A stretch of 64,000 nt of DNA from a virus (taxonomy: Duplodnaviria; Caudoviricetes). The first letter of the stretch is position 1. Each line of letters starts with the position of its first letter. Shown piece after piece: positions 49,012 through 59,688 of this stretch. The position numbers and the translations under genes are program-made. The stretch spans positions 96,001-160,000 of IMG/VR virus record IMGVR_UViG_3300011008_000016; one strand, written 5' to 3'. The notes below the pieces were generated by a model that was not told the DNA's origin, ran no database searches, and saw only the letters and a list, made by a program, of their open reading frames with translations.

Positions 49012-51531
49012 TTAGTTATCAATGTCATCCAGTGTAAAGTTGGCAGTTTGAACCATCTGTTTCCTGATTTTGGTCTCTTTCTTATTCTTTACGAAGAGAT
49101 TATTGAGTGTATTAGTAAACCGCTCTACATCTGCAACAGTATATCTTGCCAACCTACGGTAGTTTGGATTCATAGCAAACTTCCACATTTCATACTTGGA
49201 CATTTCGCCCCATCCTTTATACCGCCCTACGATATATGGAGAATATTTCTGACAAGTTTCCATAATCTGTCCGATAGTCATCCTATCAACATGACTAAAC
49301 TCTGAATTTTCTCCACGTCTATCATAGAATTCAAACTGGTATATACCATCGTTTGATTTATTGATAACTTCTCGTAAGAAGTTAATTGTTTCCATCATAG
49401 ATTTACTAAGGGATACTGATACAAAATCTCCTCTAAAGCAACCATAGATCATACCATCATTGAAATTCAACTCATGGTCTAACTCTTTAATATGTTTCTC
49501 AAAGTTAGGTGTAGCTGCAATGAACTCAAGGATTTCTTTCGGAACCGTCTCAAAGTTAGATACGGAATCCAATACTTCATAATACCGACGATTTGCCAAC
49601 AGAAAGCGCTTCATATTATCATTGGATATAAAATCGTCTCCTTCACTGAATTTAATCCTTGAGTATTTCACACAGTTATTTTCAAACCTATCATAGAGTT
49701 CTGCTTTTGACCAAAGATAATTCTTTTCATCAATGTCAGTTTTACTCATCTTATTTGCAGCCGCTTGAGACTCTGCTACCTTATAAAGAGGAGTGATAAC
49801 CCTGTAACAATGACCGTGTAAAATCAAATCAGAGGCTGCCCCATAAATTGACGACAATGTCAACCCTGACATATGGTCACCATCAACATCGGCATCAAAA
49901 CCAAATATAATCTTATCGTATATAAGATTTTCCTCATTGAAGTGACCGCCATAACCACAACCAAGTACATTATCCAGCAAAATAGCATATACGTTAGTTG
50001 GCTTTAATGTCCTTGATTTACTGACAGCGAATTCATGCCAAAAGTTATCGGGTTTACCTGTAAAATTAAGAATCCCTTGATAATCTGGATTGAATCTTGC
50101 CTTACGAGCTTGACCTCCAGCAGAATCCCCTTCTACCAAGTAAAGTTCCAATTTAACCTTCAGGTTTTCTTTTGGAGTGCCAATCAAGTTCGCTGCAACA
50201 TAATTCCCGATGAGTTTTGAATCCATTAATGACGGAAGAGAAGTCTTTACTTTCTTCCTCTTATTTGCTGCGTCAGTTCGTATCCTTGCATTTAACTTAA
50301 TGAACTCAATGATTTTCGTTAAGTTTTTCTTTCCGTCGGGAGTTTCAAAGTATGCACTAATGGACTCCGTATACATTTTCTTGAGTGGCTCAGTAAACTT
50401 TCTATTACCAAGTTTATGCTTGGTCTGAGACTCAAACCCTGTACTCATCGTTGTATTGAAATTGATAACTGCCGCCAATCCCATCAAAGCATCAGAAGCT
50501 TCCAATTTCAAATTGTCATTCTTCCTTTGAGAATCTTCTGCGGCACTTAGTAAATACGTTGATAAAGCAGTCTTTAATGCGTTGACATGAGTACCGCCAT
50601 CAATTTGCTCAATCATATTGGTAAATCCATATACGGCTGAGTCAGTAATCTTTGGTGAATAATTAAACGCGAATTCGACGGATAATTCTCTATCCATCTC
50701 AATTAAGTCAATAGTTACAGTTCCATCTTCCTGCTCTGTCTTAACAGGAATATTGGTTTCCTTTAGTTCCATCCGATTACTTAAAACAATAGGTTTCCTC
50801 ATAAGGTATCCAATATCATTTCCAATAATCTCCGGTATAAATCCACCGACGTTTCCTTCCTTATTCTGGTATACCTTATTTAAGATTTCTTTCCCATCCG
50901 AATCCGTTGCCTTTAATGTAATCTTGATGGTCGGTTCTAATGTAAATACAGTTCTTCGAAGCCATTCTGCAAATGTGTCAAGGGGCACATAAGCATCTTC
51001 CCCTAAGAAAGCAGTAGAAGGCTTAAAACCAACACGAAGTCCGTGTATACTTGGGTCCGCTGTTCCCATTCTATCTTCAACTTTTCTACCATTCTCAAAC
51101 CGTAGAAAACGTGATTGTCCTTCTCTTGTAGAGGTAATCTCAAACCTCTCTGATAATGCGTTAGTTGCTGTAAGACCAACGCCGTATTCACCACCAGATG
51201 CTCCACCTGAAGCTCTGTCCATTTTTGTACCAGACTGTAATACGGTACATGCATTTTCCAATTCATTGAACGGAATACCACGACCAGTATCCGTAAAGTA
51301 AGTCATACCCGTTTCGCCATCTGAGAATATCATCATATTCCCATCGGATAAGGTACGTTCATTCCGATGTTCGTCTACCATATTATTAACCATCTCATGT
51401 GCCAACTGTTCTGAACCCGCTGGTCCACGAAATGAAATGTAGAGGGTAGGCGATTTCTGAAGTTTATCGATGTCATTTTTCAACGTTGTGAATTCATCAT
51501 CCACAATCATTGACTTCTTTTTAGTCGCCAA
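49012..51531 (-). CDS. gyrB: Type IIA topoisomerase subunit B (GyrB/ParE-like)
   Basis: EMVNNMVDE, DTGRGIP, GVG..ATNALS, GGTH, VEGDSAGG, DADVDG, RYKGWGEM. Confidence 0.93.
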   Translation of the reverse strand: MATKKKSMIVDDEFTTLKNDIDKLQKSPTLYISFRGPAGSEQLAHEMVNNMVDEHRNERTLSDGNMMIFSDGETGMTYFTDTGRGIPFNELENACTVLQSGTKMDRASGGASGGEYGVGLTATNALSERFEITSTREGQSRFLRFENGRKVEDRMGTADPSIHGLRVGFKPSTAFLGEDAYVPLDTFAEWLRRTVFTLEPTIKITLKATDSDGKEILNKVYQNKEGNVGGFIPEIIGNDIGYLMRKPIVLSNRMELKETNIPVKTEQEDGTVTIDLIEMDRELSVEFAFNYSPKITDSAVYGFTNMIEQIDGGTHVNALKTALSTYLLSAAEDSQRKNDNLKLEASDALMGLAAVINFNTTMSTGFESQTKHKLGNRKFTEPLKKMYTESISAYFETPDGKKNLTKIIEFIKLNARIRTDAANKRKKVKTSLPSLMDSKLIGNYVAANLIGTPKENLKVKLELYLVEGDSAGGQARKARFNPDYQGILNFTGKPDNFWHEFAVSKSRTLKPTNVYAILLDNVLGCGYGGHFNEENLIYDKIIFGFDADVDGDHMSGLTLSSIYGAASDLILHGHCYRVITPLYKVAESQAAANKMSKTDIDEKNYLWSKAELYDRFENNCVKYSRIKFSEGDDFISNDNMKRFLLANRRYYEVLDSVSNFETVPKEILEFIAATPNFEKHIKELDHELNFNDGMIYGCFRGDFVSVSLSKSMMETINFLREVINKSNDGIYQFEFYDRRGENSEFSHVDRMTIGQIMETCQKYSPYIVGRYKGWGEMSKYEMWKFAMNPNYRRLARYTVADVERFTNTLNNLFVKNKKETKIRKQMVQTANFTLDDIDN

Positions 51532-51665
51532 TTTATTTACCTCCTTATAGTGATTGGTTAATTATTTTAGATAAAAAATAAAAACCATAAAGTATGGATG
51601 GCGGTCGTAAAACCGCCACCCAACTTTATGTTTGAATCTTTCACCCGGGTCGAAGATTCATCTAA

Positions 51666-52178
51666 TCAATAACTCTTGTTACCCATCATGGATGAATCCA
51701 GACCGATGTGACCTTTACTCCGGCCTTTCTTTCCGCCGTTGTTCTTGTTTCCACCTGCAAGCTTATCCACCATATTGTTATAATAATCGGACACCGTAGA
51801 CAGCTCCCCAATCGCATTGAAAGCACTCTCGATATTTGCCTTGTCCTCATCGGTGAGACTCGCCAGCATCTTAATCTGATGCAACATTGAATTGAACATG
51901 TAGATGCCAGAGTTCAGCTCTTCCGGCTGGAACGATTCCGACTCGAAGATTGCCCCGCATCTGGTGCAGTATGCCGTAGACTCAGAGTATTTATCCTTAT
52001 TCTGGATGAAGCCGTTAAAAGAGTGAATATTAATCACTTTGCCACGACCATTCCCCGGCTTATGATCGCATTTGCGGATAAACCTCTCCCTCGTCTGCAT
52101 TGCCTGATTCTGGAGATTCCGGTACTCCTGTTCAAAGTTCTGGTCATCATTGTGGTTGTTTCTTGTCATTTGAGACAT
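51666..52178 (-). CDS. Hypothetical Zn-binding early protein with G/N/K-rich tail
   Basis: CDH...CTRC; early motif at 52356-52363; SD AAAGGAGG. Confidence 0.75.
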   Translation of the reverse strand: MSQMTRNNHNDDQNFEQEYRNLQNQAMQTRERFIRKCDHKPGNGRGKVINIHSFNGFIQNKDKYSESTAYCTRCGAIFESESFQPEELNSGIYMFNSMLHQIKMLASLTDEDKANIESAFNAIGELSTVSDYYNNMVDKLAGGNKNNGGKKGRSKGHIGLDSSMMGNKSY

Positions 52179-52213
52179 AAACTTGTACCTCCTTTAAAAA
52201 GATTTCGATAAGT

Positions 52214-52241
52214 GTTTAGTTGTTTCCGGAAACAACTAAAC
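52214..52241. repeat. Perfect 28-bp palindrome in a structured leader
   Basis: GTTTAGTTGTTTCC-GGAAACAACTAAAC. Confidence 0.85.
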
Positions 52242-52400
52242 CAGATTAAATAAGTATGGCATCAAACTTATCAATCTGATTTACTTCTCTGTATATCAAA
52301 TATTGTAAATCTATAAGTTTCAACGCTTCTACTTATCCTCTCCAGTTCAACCGTTTAATATAGCTTTAAAATGACTATTAATTATTTTGGTTCCCTGGAT

Positions 52401-52706
52401 TTACATCATATCACGAATCGAGTGTGCATCAGCATCACTAACATCACCCATAACAACAGACTGAAGATGGTCTAATGGATGATAGTTACATACTTCGATA
52501 TCGTAATCAAATGTTTTCCTGCTACGGAATTTTACTTTTTCTTTATAGCAATAGACAGGACCCATTTTTACAAAATCAGATTCTTTACAAGGTTCTTTTA
52601 ATGCAGGATCGTTTACCCAAAGTTGTGCATTATCAAATACCAACAGGGCGATATTATCCCAACCACCACCATCGTTTACAATGGCTTTTAAGGTATCAAA
52701 ATCCAT
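52401..52706 (-). CDS. Hypothetical protein
   Basis: ATG after AGGAGG. Confidence 0.65.
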   Translation of the reverse strand: MDFDTLKAIVNDGGGWDNIALLVFDNAQLWVNDPALKEPCKESDFVKMGPVYCYKEKVKFRSRKTFDYDIEVCNYHPLDHLQSVVMGDVSDADAHSIRDMM

Positions 52707-52716
52707 AGTTATCCTC

Positions 52717-53679
52717 CTATTCTCCAAGTATAGTTAATAAATAACTATACAGTTTATTTCCATCATCCCCAACGATGTTTTTGAGCATATGATAGTTATT
52801 TACATAGGTTGTCTGTAATACAGAAAGTATATTGTAGACAAGATATGAAAATACTTCCAAAGCTAAAGTCATTGGAGCATTGTACAGAGTGACATACATC
52901 TGGACAAACGTATTTACGTTCATCTGTCCAATACGTCCCTGTACCTGAGGAATTGTTACAAGCTTAGATAAGAACTTCCCAATATCTGCAAAGTCCTCTA
53001 CTTCAAACTGATCGTTTACAACCCGAATTGAACTGATATCCGGATTCTTGAGTTCATACAGACAGAAGTTTTCCACCGTAGCTATATCTGGATTATATCC
53101 CAATACGGTATTGATAAAGTACCGTGAAACCATAAACGATACCTGATTATAAACTGACTGATCCAGCTTAATGGTATATTTCCGGTTAATGCACTCCGTA
53201 ACTGCATGAGTATAAATCTTAGTCGCAGGACGAATGATGGATGGAGATGTAAGCTTCGGATTATGAGCTATATCTAATTCCATCATACGAATTGCAAAAT
53301 AACAACTTTCCAAAGAAACTTTCAACTTCCTTGGGTCTACAGAATATTCTTCTTCCCCTGGAACGCACTCACAGTGATTCAGAAATACAATTCCAGTCTG
53401 CGCATGATTTGCGGTCTTTAAAACAATGAATGGTAAATAAAGGGGTACCTTTACCTTTTCACAGTACACCATTACCATTCGTCCATCTGCCAACGCAGCT
53501 ATCATCTGATTAAAGATGAGACTCTTTACTCGATTCTGAAGAATTTTCAAGGATGTATTTAATTTGTCTGGGGTAACCTGTACTCCAGTTTTCATTATTT
53601 CTGCAATACGTTCAGTGATACTATTGTTACTATTCATCAAATTCCACTGATAAGAATTTGACAGATTTGCATAAGCCAT
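52717..53679 (-). CDS. Putative virion structural protein
   Basis: 320 aa, CACA-N6-TA at 53709-53720. Confidence 0.6.
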   Translation of the reverse strand: MAYANLSNSYQWNLMNSNNSITERIAEIMKTGVQVTPDKLNTSLKILQNRVKSLIFNQMIAALADGRMVMVYCEKVKVPLYLPFIVLKTANHAQTGIVFLNHCECVPGEEEYSVDPRKLKVSLESCYFAIRMMELDIAHNPKLTSPSIIRPATKIYTHAVTECINRKYTIKLDQSVYNQVSFMVSRYFINTVLGYNPDIATVENFCLYELKNPDISSIRVVNDQFEVEDFADIGKFLSKLVTIPQVQGRIGQMNVNTFVQMYVTLYNAPMTLALEVFSYLVYNILSVLQTTYVNNYHMLKNIVGDDGNKLYSYLLTILGE

Positions 53680-53795
53680 AATAGTAATCCTCCTTCCTTG
53701 TGATAATTTATATTCTTGTGATTAGGCTACTTTATTACAAAAAAGAATGGGGTGGAGTACGAAACTCCACCCTATCATTCCCATATGTGACAAAC

Positions 53796-54209
53796 TCAGC
53801 CGACATCTTCTCCTTCAGCCTCAGCCATTGTATAATGATGATCAACAAGACCGTTCAGAGCATCAACAACTTCATCTGTGGAGATATTTGATTCGTTCAT
53901 TACATTAAGCAGAATATCGGAAACTTTTGCACCCTTACTGAAAGAATTATTCTTCCAATATCCATACAGAGTAACCAGAATCGTTGCCCCTGAAGAGATA
54001 AGATAAATTACAGAAGGGGATATTTCCGGTAATGAGTAAGAGCCAAAGGTCACGGCAATCTGATTTAACCAAACAATACCCAATGCAATCAGACGTGCAA
54101 TCGCTCCAATCTGAACCTTACCTTCCTTCGCATCAGAAGATGCTGCTTCGATCATGCCTTTGAGTTCGGAAGCTGTACTAACAACCTCACTTATTTTGTC
54201 ACTTCTCAT
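53796..54209 (-). CDS. SPP1-family holin
   Basis: IARLIALGIVWLNQ...YWKNNSFSKGA; CACA-N6-TA at 54237-54248. Confidence 0.85.
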   Translation of the reverse strand: MRSDKISEVVSTASELKGMIEAASSDAKEGKVQIGAIARLIALGIVWLNQIAVTFGSYSLPEISPSVIYLISSGATILVTLYGYWKNNSFSKGAKVSDILLNVMNESNISTDEVVDALNGLVDHHYTMAEAEGEDVG

Positions 54210-54280
54210 AGTAGCAATCCTCCTTTCACTATGATTTATTTTTATGTGGAATTCGGATTGAAACCGTTTATGAAAGATTA

Positions 54281-54988
54281 TTATCCCTTTGGGATAATGT
54301 CGAATACCTCATAGACTTTATACTTATCGTCCCTAACCACTAACCGGTCATCATCTATTATATAGATATCATCCCCGTATAGTATAGTAGATTTTAACAT
54401 AGTTCCAATATGGAAAACAATGGAAATCCCATCTTTGATATTGTTTGTAGGTACCAATTTAGCCCCACTATACTGACCAGCTATATCATATGTTTTCCCT
54501 GATGGGGTCTCGATATAAATATCATCCTTGTTATTAGTGTTCCATGCTCGTATAGCGTGAATATCAGGATTATAGTGAGTATTAAAGAATTCAGAAATTG
54601 TATTTCCACAGAGTCCCTCACTTTGTCTACCAAATGCCAATTGAAGTATAACATTCTTTTTGGTTGGTCGTCGTTCTGTGACATTGACTTTCTCGAATCT
54701 CCATTTCTGAGTGACATCTGGATATTTATCGTGATCAACTTCGCTTAGAAACATATCATAAGGTCTCGCATATACCGTTTTTTCGGTTGCTGTAACTGAT
54801 TCATATATGATAAGAGATGATTTATCTTCTGAATGAAGTGCAGTTCCCAAAATGCGATAAATATTTCCCTTAAAATGCCGGACGTAATCCCCCTCATTTA
54901 AATCCCTATCTGGATTTCCATTTTCATCATAAACTGTATTAACTTCTATGTCATCTTTACTATAAGATTTACATTCTCCAATAATCAT
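54281..54988 (-). CDS. DUF1653-domain protein
   Basis: YVRHFKGNIY...ALHSE...YARPYDMFLSEVDHDKYP..QKWRFE. Confidence 0.85.
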   Translation of the reverse strand: MIIGECKSYSKDDIEVNTVYDENGNPDRDLNEGDYVRHFKGNIYRILGTALHSEDKSSLIIYESVTATEKTVYARPYDMFLSEVDHDKYPDVTQKWRFEKVNVTERRPTKKNVILQLAFGRQSEGLCGNTISEFFNTHYNPDIHAIRAWNTNNKDDIYIETPSGKTYDIAGQYSGAKLVPTNNIKDGISIVFHIGTMLKSTILYGDDIYIIDDDRLVVRDDKYKVYEVFDIIPKG

Positions 54989-55075
54989 TGCTTTTCCTCA
55001 CTTTCGACAAAGTAAGTTATGGGTCAGAGAAAAATCCCCAACCCATAACTTCTATATAGTTTGAGTCTACACCCG

Positions 55076-55873
55076 TTACCGTTCAATGATGATATGTTCG
55101 GTAACCTCCTGTGCATAGTCATTGATATCCTTTACAGATGGACTGTGCAAAACTCCGTCCTTCCAATACGTGATTCCAGAAAGAATCTTTGCAGCCTTTT
55201 CAATGTTGTCATCCCGATAAATCTTATTATACCGGTCCTGCCCTGCCTGCACAATTACCATCAAGAATGTTTTGATGAAACTATGCGTAATGAGCTGCGA
55301 CCTGAACTCACTACTAACCAGCATATTCTGGTAAGATGTTACTGCTGCCTGATGATCATTGTCGAGCATAGCATCAACGATTTCGCGGTCAAACTTATTG
55401 ACAAAGAAGATAGCCGGTTCGCCAGTATCCAAATCCGTATAATCAACAACTTCCAACTGACGCTGTTTTGCTGTCATTCCAAGATAACGCCGCATAGTTT
55501 CTGCATCCTCATCCGGAAGCCCAAATGCTCTCGTGATATCCTTTGTGTTTAATACGATAGAGCAATTCCCCGGAGTACCATCTTCATTTTGCGGTTCCCT
55601 GATAAACAAAACATAGTTCGTTGCCCCAGAGATGTCATCAAAGTTCAGCTTCATAAGATCAGCAGGAGATGTCACACCGCCTTCTTCTCCCTGAGCAGGT
55701 TGTGCCATTTCATATCCGACAACCATACCTTCCTTAGCAAAATCCTCTAAGGTCTTGCCTTCCTCAAATGTAGCACTGGTAATGTACGCTGTGCCGATTG
55801 TTTTGTCTCCGATTCGAATTCCTTCTCCAACCTGAGAATTCAAAATCTGAATTCCGTTTACAGTAAATTTCAT
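55076..55873 (-). CDS. Hypothetical protein
   Basis: 265 aa, SD AAGGAGG. Confidence 0.75.
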   Translation of the reverse strand: MKFTVNGIQILNSQVGEGIRIGDKTIGTAYITSATFEEGKTLEDFAKEGMVVGYEMAQPAQGEEGGVTSPADLMKLNFDDISGATNYVLFIREPQNEDGTPGNCSIVLNTKDITRAFGLPDEDAETMRRYLGMTAKQRQLEVVDYTDLDTGEPAIFFVNKFDREIVDAMLDNDHQAAVTSYQNMLVSSEFRSQLITHSFIKTFLMVIVQAGQDRYNKIYRDDNIEKAAKILSGITYWKDGVLHSPSVKDINDYAQEVTEHIIIER

Positions 55874-55939
55874 ATTAGTTATCCTCCTTAAAAAAGATTT
55901 TTCGTTGCTTTATTACATGGTTACTAAACCAATAATTAT

Positions 55940-56857
55940 TTACACAATCTGGAATGTTCCATATCCATGGAAAGCTTGTTTAAATAACTTATTCATTGGA
56001 AGCTTTTGCTCTTCTTGAATTTGGATAAACTGCTTAGCATTACAGATTCCAAATAACTCTTGGTTACTTACATTTAATATATAAATATTTGAGCTTACAG
56101 ATTTAAACTTTTCAAAAGCCCGAACAAATGCAAGTATTTTAACCAAGTTGGGTACATCTTCGCTTTTCTGTAAGAAATCCTTGATATAAACACCAGTTTC
56201 GTTCATTTCAATAATGAACTCTGATTCTGGACCATATCTGCAAGATATTGAATTCTTAGCACGAGGTTCAATAATAATCTGTCTAAACTCATTCTTCATT
56301 TCCTGTTGAATAATCTTACCAAGTCTCGTAAGAGGTGGCTCTATTCCTATTGGAGTATCATTTACCGTTTTTGGTTCAGATGTAACCTTATTTCTGGTAC
56401 CGACATACTCTTCAGCATTGTCATCATCACTCACAGATAGTATATAAAACCCATACTTTGAGATATCATCATTATAAAATGCTTTAAGCTTGTTATAGTA
56501 CCCTAAAGGTATAGTGATATATCGCTCATCTTCTTTAACTGGGGCATTACAAGAGACACAAGCTTGCTGAATAGCAATAGTGTTACCAGTTAAAGAGATA
56601 AGGACAGTTACTTTATCCTGAGACATAATATGTCTAACAACCTTTTCATATATAGGTCTAATATACGTCTCTGTAATTGGGATGACATCATCTATCACAA
56701 ATACATTGTTAATGTCTTTTACTTTGAGTTTAATGACATCGTCCAATACTAAGTAATAGAATTCGTCTCCTTCATTCATCGTTGGTTTATAGAATAACGT
56801 AATCTTAAACCCAGATTTGAAAAGGTCAAATAACTTATTTTTCTTTGACCTTGACAT
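55940..56857 (-). CDS. Hypothetical protein
   Basis: Start moved to MSRSKK after GGAG. Confidence 0.7.
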   Translation of the reverse strand: MSRSKKNKLFDLFKSGFKITLFYKPTMNEGDEFYYLVLDDVIKLKVKDINNVFVIDDVIPITETYIRPIYEKVVRHIMSQDKVTVLISLTGNTIAIQQACVSCNAPVKEDERYITIPLGYYNKLKAFYNDDISKYGFYILSVSDDDNAEEYVGTRNKVTSEPKTVNDTPIGIEPPLTRLGKIIQQEMKNEFRQIIIEPRAKNSISCRYGPESEFIIEMNETGVYIKDFLQKSEDVPNLVKILAFVRAFEKFKSVSSNIYILNVSNQELFGICNAKQFIQIQEEQKLPMNKLFKQAFHGYGTFQIV

Positions 56858-57407
56858 ACTCTTGTAACTCCATTTCTTTCTTTTGCAGAATTCCTTTAAT
56901 GTACTTATTGTTATCAATAATACATTCGATGGTATTCATAATAACATCATGAAATGTATCAGATAACTCAACTCCAAAGTCTCCTTTCATAAAGTTGTAA
57001 TAATCTTCAGTGGAAAGTTTCTTTGGAAGTCCATCATCCGTAACGGACTCTTCTTCACAACGAGCCATTCTATCAGAAATGAATTCGATCAATTGAATCA
57101 AAGTCATTCCTTTTAAGCCGTTTTTATAATAAGCCGGACAATAGTCATTCATAGCATCATGAACGCCTTTTAAAAGTTGCTTATTTTTATTTCGTATAGA
57201 TGGAATGGGACTATTAGCTTTAACAGCTATTACCATTTCCGTTTCTTCTGAGTAACTGTTATCATGTCTCCTACTTCGAGCCATTAAATCTTGAGCAATA
57301 ATGCTCATTTTCATGGCAACTCGACTTCTGTGAGCAAGTAGCTGTTTAAGAACAACATTCTTGTCCTCTCTACTAATCTGCTCTGTTTTCGTTGTATCAC
57401 TTGCCAT
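56835..57407 (-). CDS. Divergent HD-like (DUF5662-type) protein
   Basis: LAHRSRV...RSRRHDNS...GMTLIQLIEFISD. Confidence 0.55.
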   Translation of the reverse strand: MASDTTKTEQISREDKNVVLKQLLAHRSRVAMKMSIIAQDLMARSRRHDNSYSEETEMVIAVKANSPIPSIRNKNKQLLKGVHDAMNDYCPAYYKNGLKGMTLIQLIEFISDRMARCEEESVTDDGLPKKLSTEDYYNFMKGDFGVELSDTFHDVIMNTIECIIDNNKYIKGILQKKEMELQEYVKVKEK

Positions 57408-57430
57408 TTTTCATTACCTCCATTCATATT

Positions 57431-57889
57431 TTATAGATTCGTGGGATACGCCTTATTTCTATTATCGACCAAATCATCATGATATACTGTAAGTATTTCA
57501 TTAATAGCGGTGTCGATATCTTGTGTGAATATCTTTACACTTTTTGATGGTGTAAAGTTGGCAATGGATTTGCAGTTATTGATATACATAATCCACGACC
57601 ATAATTCCGGAGTACCATATTCATCCATGGATAGAAGTTTTGGTTTCTGATAATATCGAAGTTCTTCTTCATCATCCAATGGTCTGGTTGTAATATAATC
57701 TGTAAGGACATGATAAAACTTACAGATAAGAGATTGATGCGGAACGACAATATGCCTTACAGCATCCATATCTGAGAACCTTGTTTTAAACTGCATATTC
57801 CCATGAGAATCGTCAATATCAATACCTTTACGAACCTCGTCAGGGATAGTATATGCTTCATTTGGTTCGTATGTACCTACAAAAGCCAT
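57431..57889 (-). CDS. Putative baseplate wedge protein (LysM/T4 gp53-like)
   Basis: KPKLLSMDEYGTPELWSWIMYIN. Confidence 0.7.
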   Translation of the reverse strand: MAFVGTYEPNEAYTIPDEVRKGIDIDDSHGNMQFKTRFSDMDAVRHIVVPHQSLICKFYHVLTDYITTRPLDDEEELRYYQKPKLLSMDEYGTPELWSWIMYINNCKSIANFTPSKSVKIFTQDIDTAINEILTVYHDDLVDNRNKAYPTNL

Positions 57890-57893
57890 AATA

Positions 57894-58304
57894 TCACACC
57901 TTTCCGATAAACTTTATTTCAGACGCATCACTATAGAGTATTTCTGCAATAAACTGATTACCTTTTTCAATTTGAAACACACCTTCAATCATCTCTGCCT
58001 TTTCTGTGAAATCTGGATGCTCATTAGGGTAATGCCCTATGGTTATATAACCCTGAGTCATAACTTGTTTCGGCATAGATACCCTACAGTCTGATGCATT
58101 CGCCTCCATAGATTCCACGGTAATTGGTATTTTTTCTTGCCATAAGCCACCGTTTATTTGAGGCATATACTTTGGAATATATGCTTTAATCTCTTCAGGA
58201 ACCGGTTTTATTCGTTCAACATTCTTGAAGTATTCAAAGTTATCGTTATTATAATCGGTAACATTAGTTGTATTGGCATTCTCTGCTATATAAGCCATAC
58301 TCAT
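57894..58304 (-). CDS. Putative virion/baseplate protein
   Basis: IKAYIPKYMP; CACA-N6-TA at 58327-58338. Confidence 0.55.
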   Translation of the reverse strand: MSMAYIAENANTTNVTDYNNDNFEYFKNVERIKPVPEEIKAYIPKYMPQINGGLWQEKIPITVESMEANASDCRVSMPKQVMTQGYITIGHYPNEHPDFTEKAEMIEGVFQIEKGNQFIAEILYSDASEIKFIGKV

Positions 58305-58453
58305 CTACCACCTTTCTTCATAGTATTAATTCGGTGTGACTTACTTGATTAAATAGTAGAATCGTGCGAGCATATGTACATTTATTTAATACTTACTATG
58401 GGAACAGGTACATTACCCGTTTCCATATTATTTGGCTCAAAGGAGATTTTGTT

Positions 58454-59668
58454 ATGGCACAGTTCTCATTAAATAAGATGCAGGGTGTGGCATCAGATGA
58501 GTTTCGTTACTGGTACAAACATCCTGAATCAAGAAAACGACCATGGTTTGAAATCTCCGGACCAGCAGGTTCAGGTAAAACCACTGTCGTAAAACATATA
58601 ATTCGTGAATTAGGACTCAAAGATTCAAATGTTGTATTTATGGCGTTTGTTGGAAAAGCCGCATTAGCATTAAGATTATCTGGAGTTAATGGTAGGACAA
58701 TTCATAGTGTCATTTACCGTATCATTCGACATTATAAACGAGATAAAGATGATAATGTAGTTTACTACAAAGGACAACCTATCATAGAGACTTCATTTGA
58801 AAAAGTAGAAGCTTTACCAAAAGATATTGAACTATTAGTTGTCGATGAGGGTGGTATGGTTGATTCCAATATAGGAGCAGACATATTGTCATTCGGCATA
58901 CCAACGTTGGTATTGGGTGATTTGCATCAATTACCACCTGTATTTGGTACAAGTCTATTCTTACATCAACCAGATGTAATACTAAATGAGATTATGAGAC
59001 AGCACAAAGATAGTGCAATCATATATCTCTCTCAACTTGCAATGCATGGTATTCCTATACCGTATGGTTCTTATAACCATGGAGAATGCAGGGTAATCCG
59101 AAAAGAAGCATTAACAGATGATGATTTAAAGGCATTTGACCTTATCATTTGTAGTACGAATCGAACCAGAGATACAATCAATTGGTATATGAGAAAAAAT
59201 ATCTATGGAATAGATTCAAACTCTATTTCCATTGGAGACAAACTTATTTGTCGTCAGAATTGTTGGGATACTTTATTAAATGACCCAAAGATTGATGTAG
59301 ATATAGCTCTTGTTAATGGTATGATAGGAACAGTTACAAGCGTTGATAGAAATAAAAAAGGAAGTGGTGGTGGACATTTATCCATTGGATTCAAACCAGA
59401 ATTTTCTGATGTTAGTTTTACGGATATACCTATTAATCCAACATACGTGCTCAGTGAATATGACTATCGGAAAACAATAAATCCAAGGTTTTCCCCGGAT
59501 GTTACGTTTGAACTTGGTTATTGTTCAACCTGTCATTTAGCACAAGGTTCTCAATATCCGAATATTCTTATCTATATAGATTCCTCTATGACAGATTCTG
59601 ACTATTCAAGAAAATGGCTATATACAGCGATTACAAGAGCACAAAAAAATCTAACTATAGCAGTTTAA
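58454..59668 (+). CDS. SF1B Dda/RecD-like DNA helicase
   Basis: GPAGSGKTT, TIHS, VVDEGGM, GDLHQLPPV, MRQ, GYCSTCHLAQGSQY, LYTAITRA; start at the ATG after AAAGGAG. Confidence 0.92.
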   Translation: MAQFSLNKMQGVASDEFRYWYKHPESRKRPWFEISGPAGSGKTTVVKHIIRELGLKDSNVVFMAFVGKAALALRLSGVNGRTIHSVIYRIIRHYKRDKDDNVVYYKGQPIIETSFEKVEALPKDIELLVVDEGGMVDSNIGADILSFGIPTLVLGDLHQLPPVFGTSLFLHQPDVILNEIMRQHKDSAIIYLSQLAMHGIPIPYGSYNHGECRVIRKEALTDDDLKAFDLIICSTNRTRDTINWYMRKNIYGIDSNSISIGDKLICRQNCWDTLLNDPKIDVDIALVNGMIGTVTSVDRNKKGSGGGHLSIGFKPEFSDVSFTDIPINPTYVLSEYDYRKTINPRFSPDVTFELGYCSTCHLAQGSQYPNILIYIDSSMTDSDYSRKWLYTAITRAQKNLTIAV

Positions 59669-59688
59669 ATTTGCAGTAACATAAAGAT

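Noticed and set aside
29186-51531. Inteins or introns in the long ligase, RNAP and GyrB genes
   Set aside because: No C...HN/C splice junctions, LAGLIDADG motifs or frame interruptions seen
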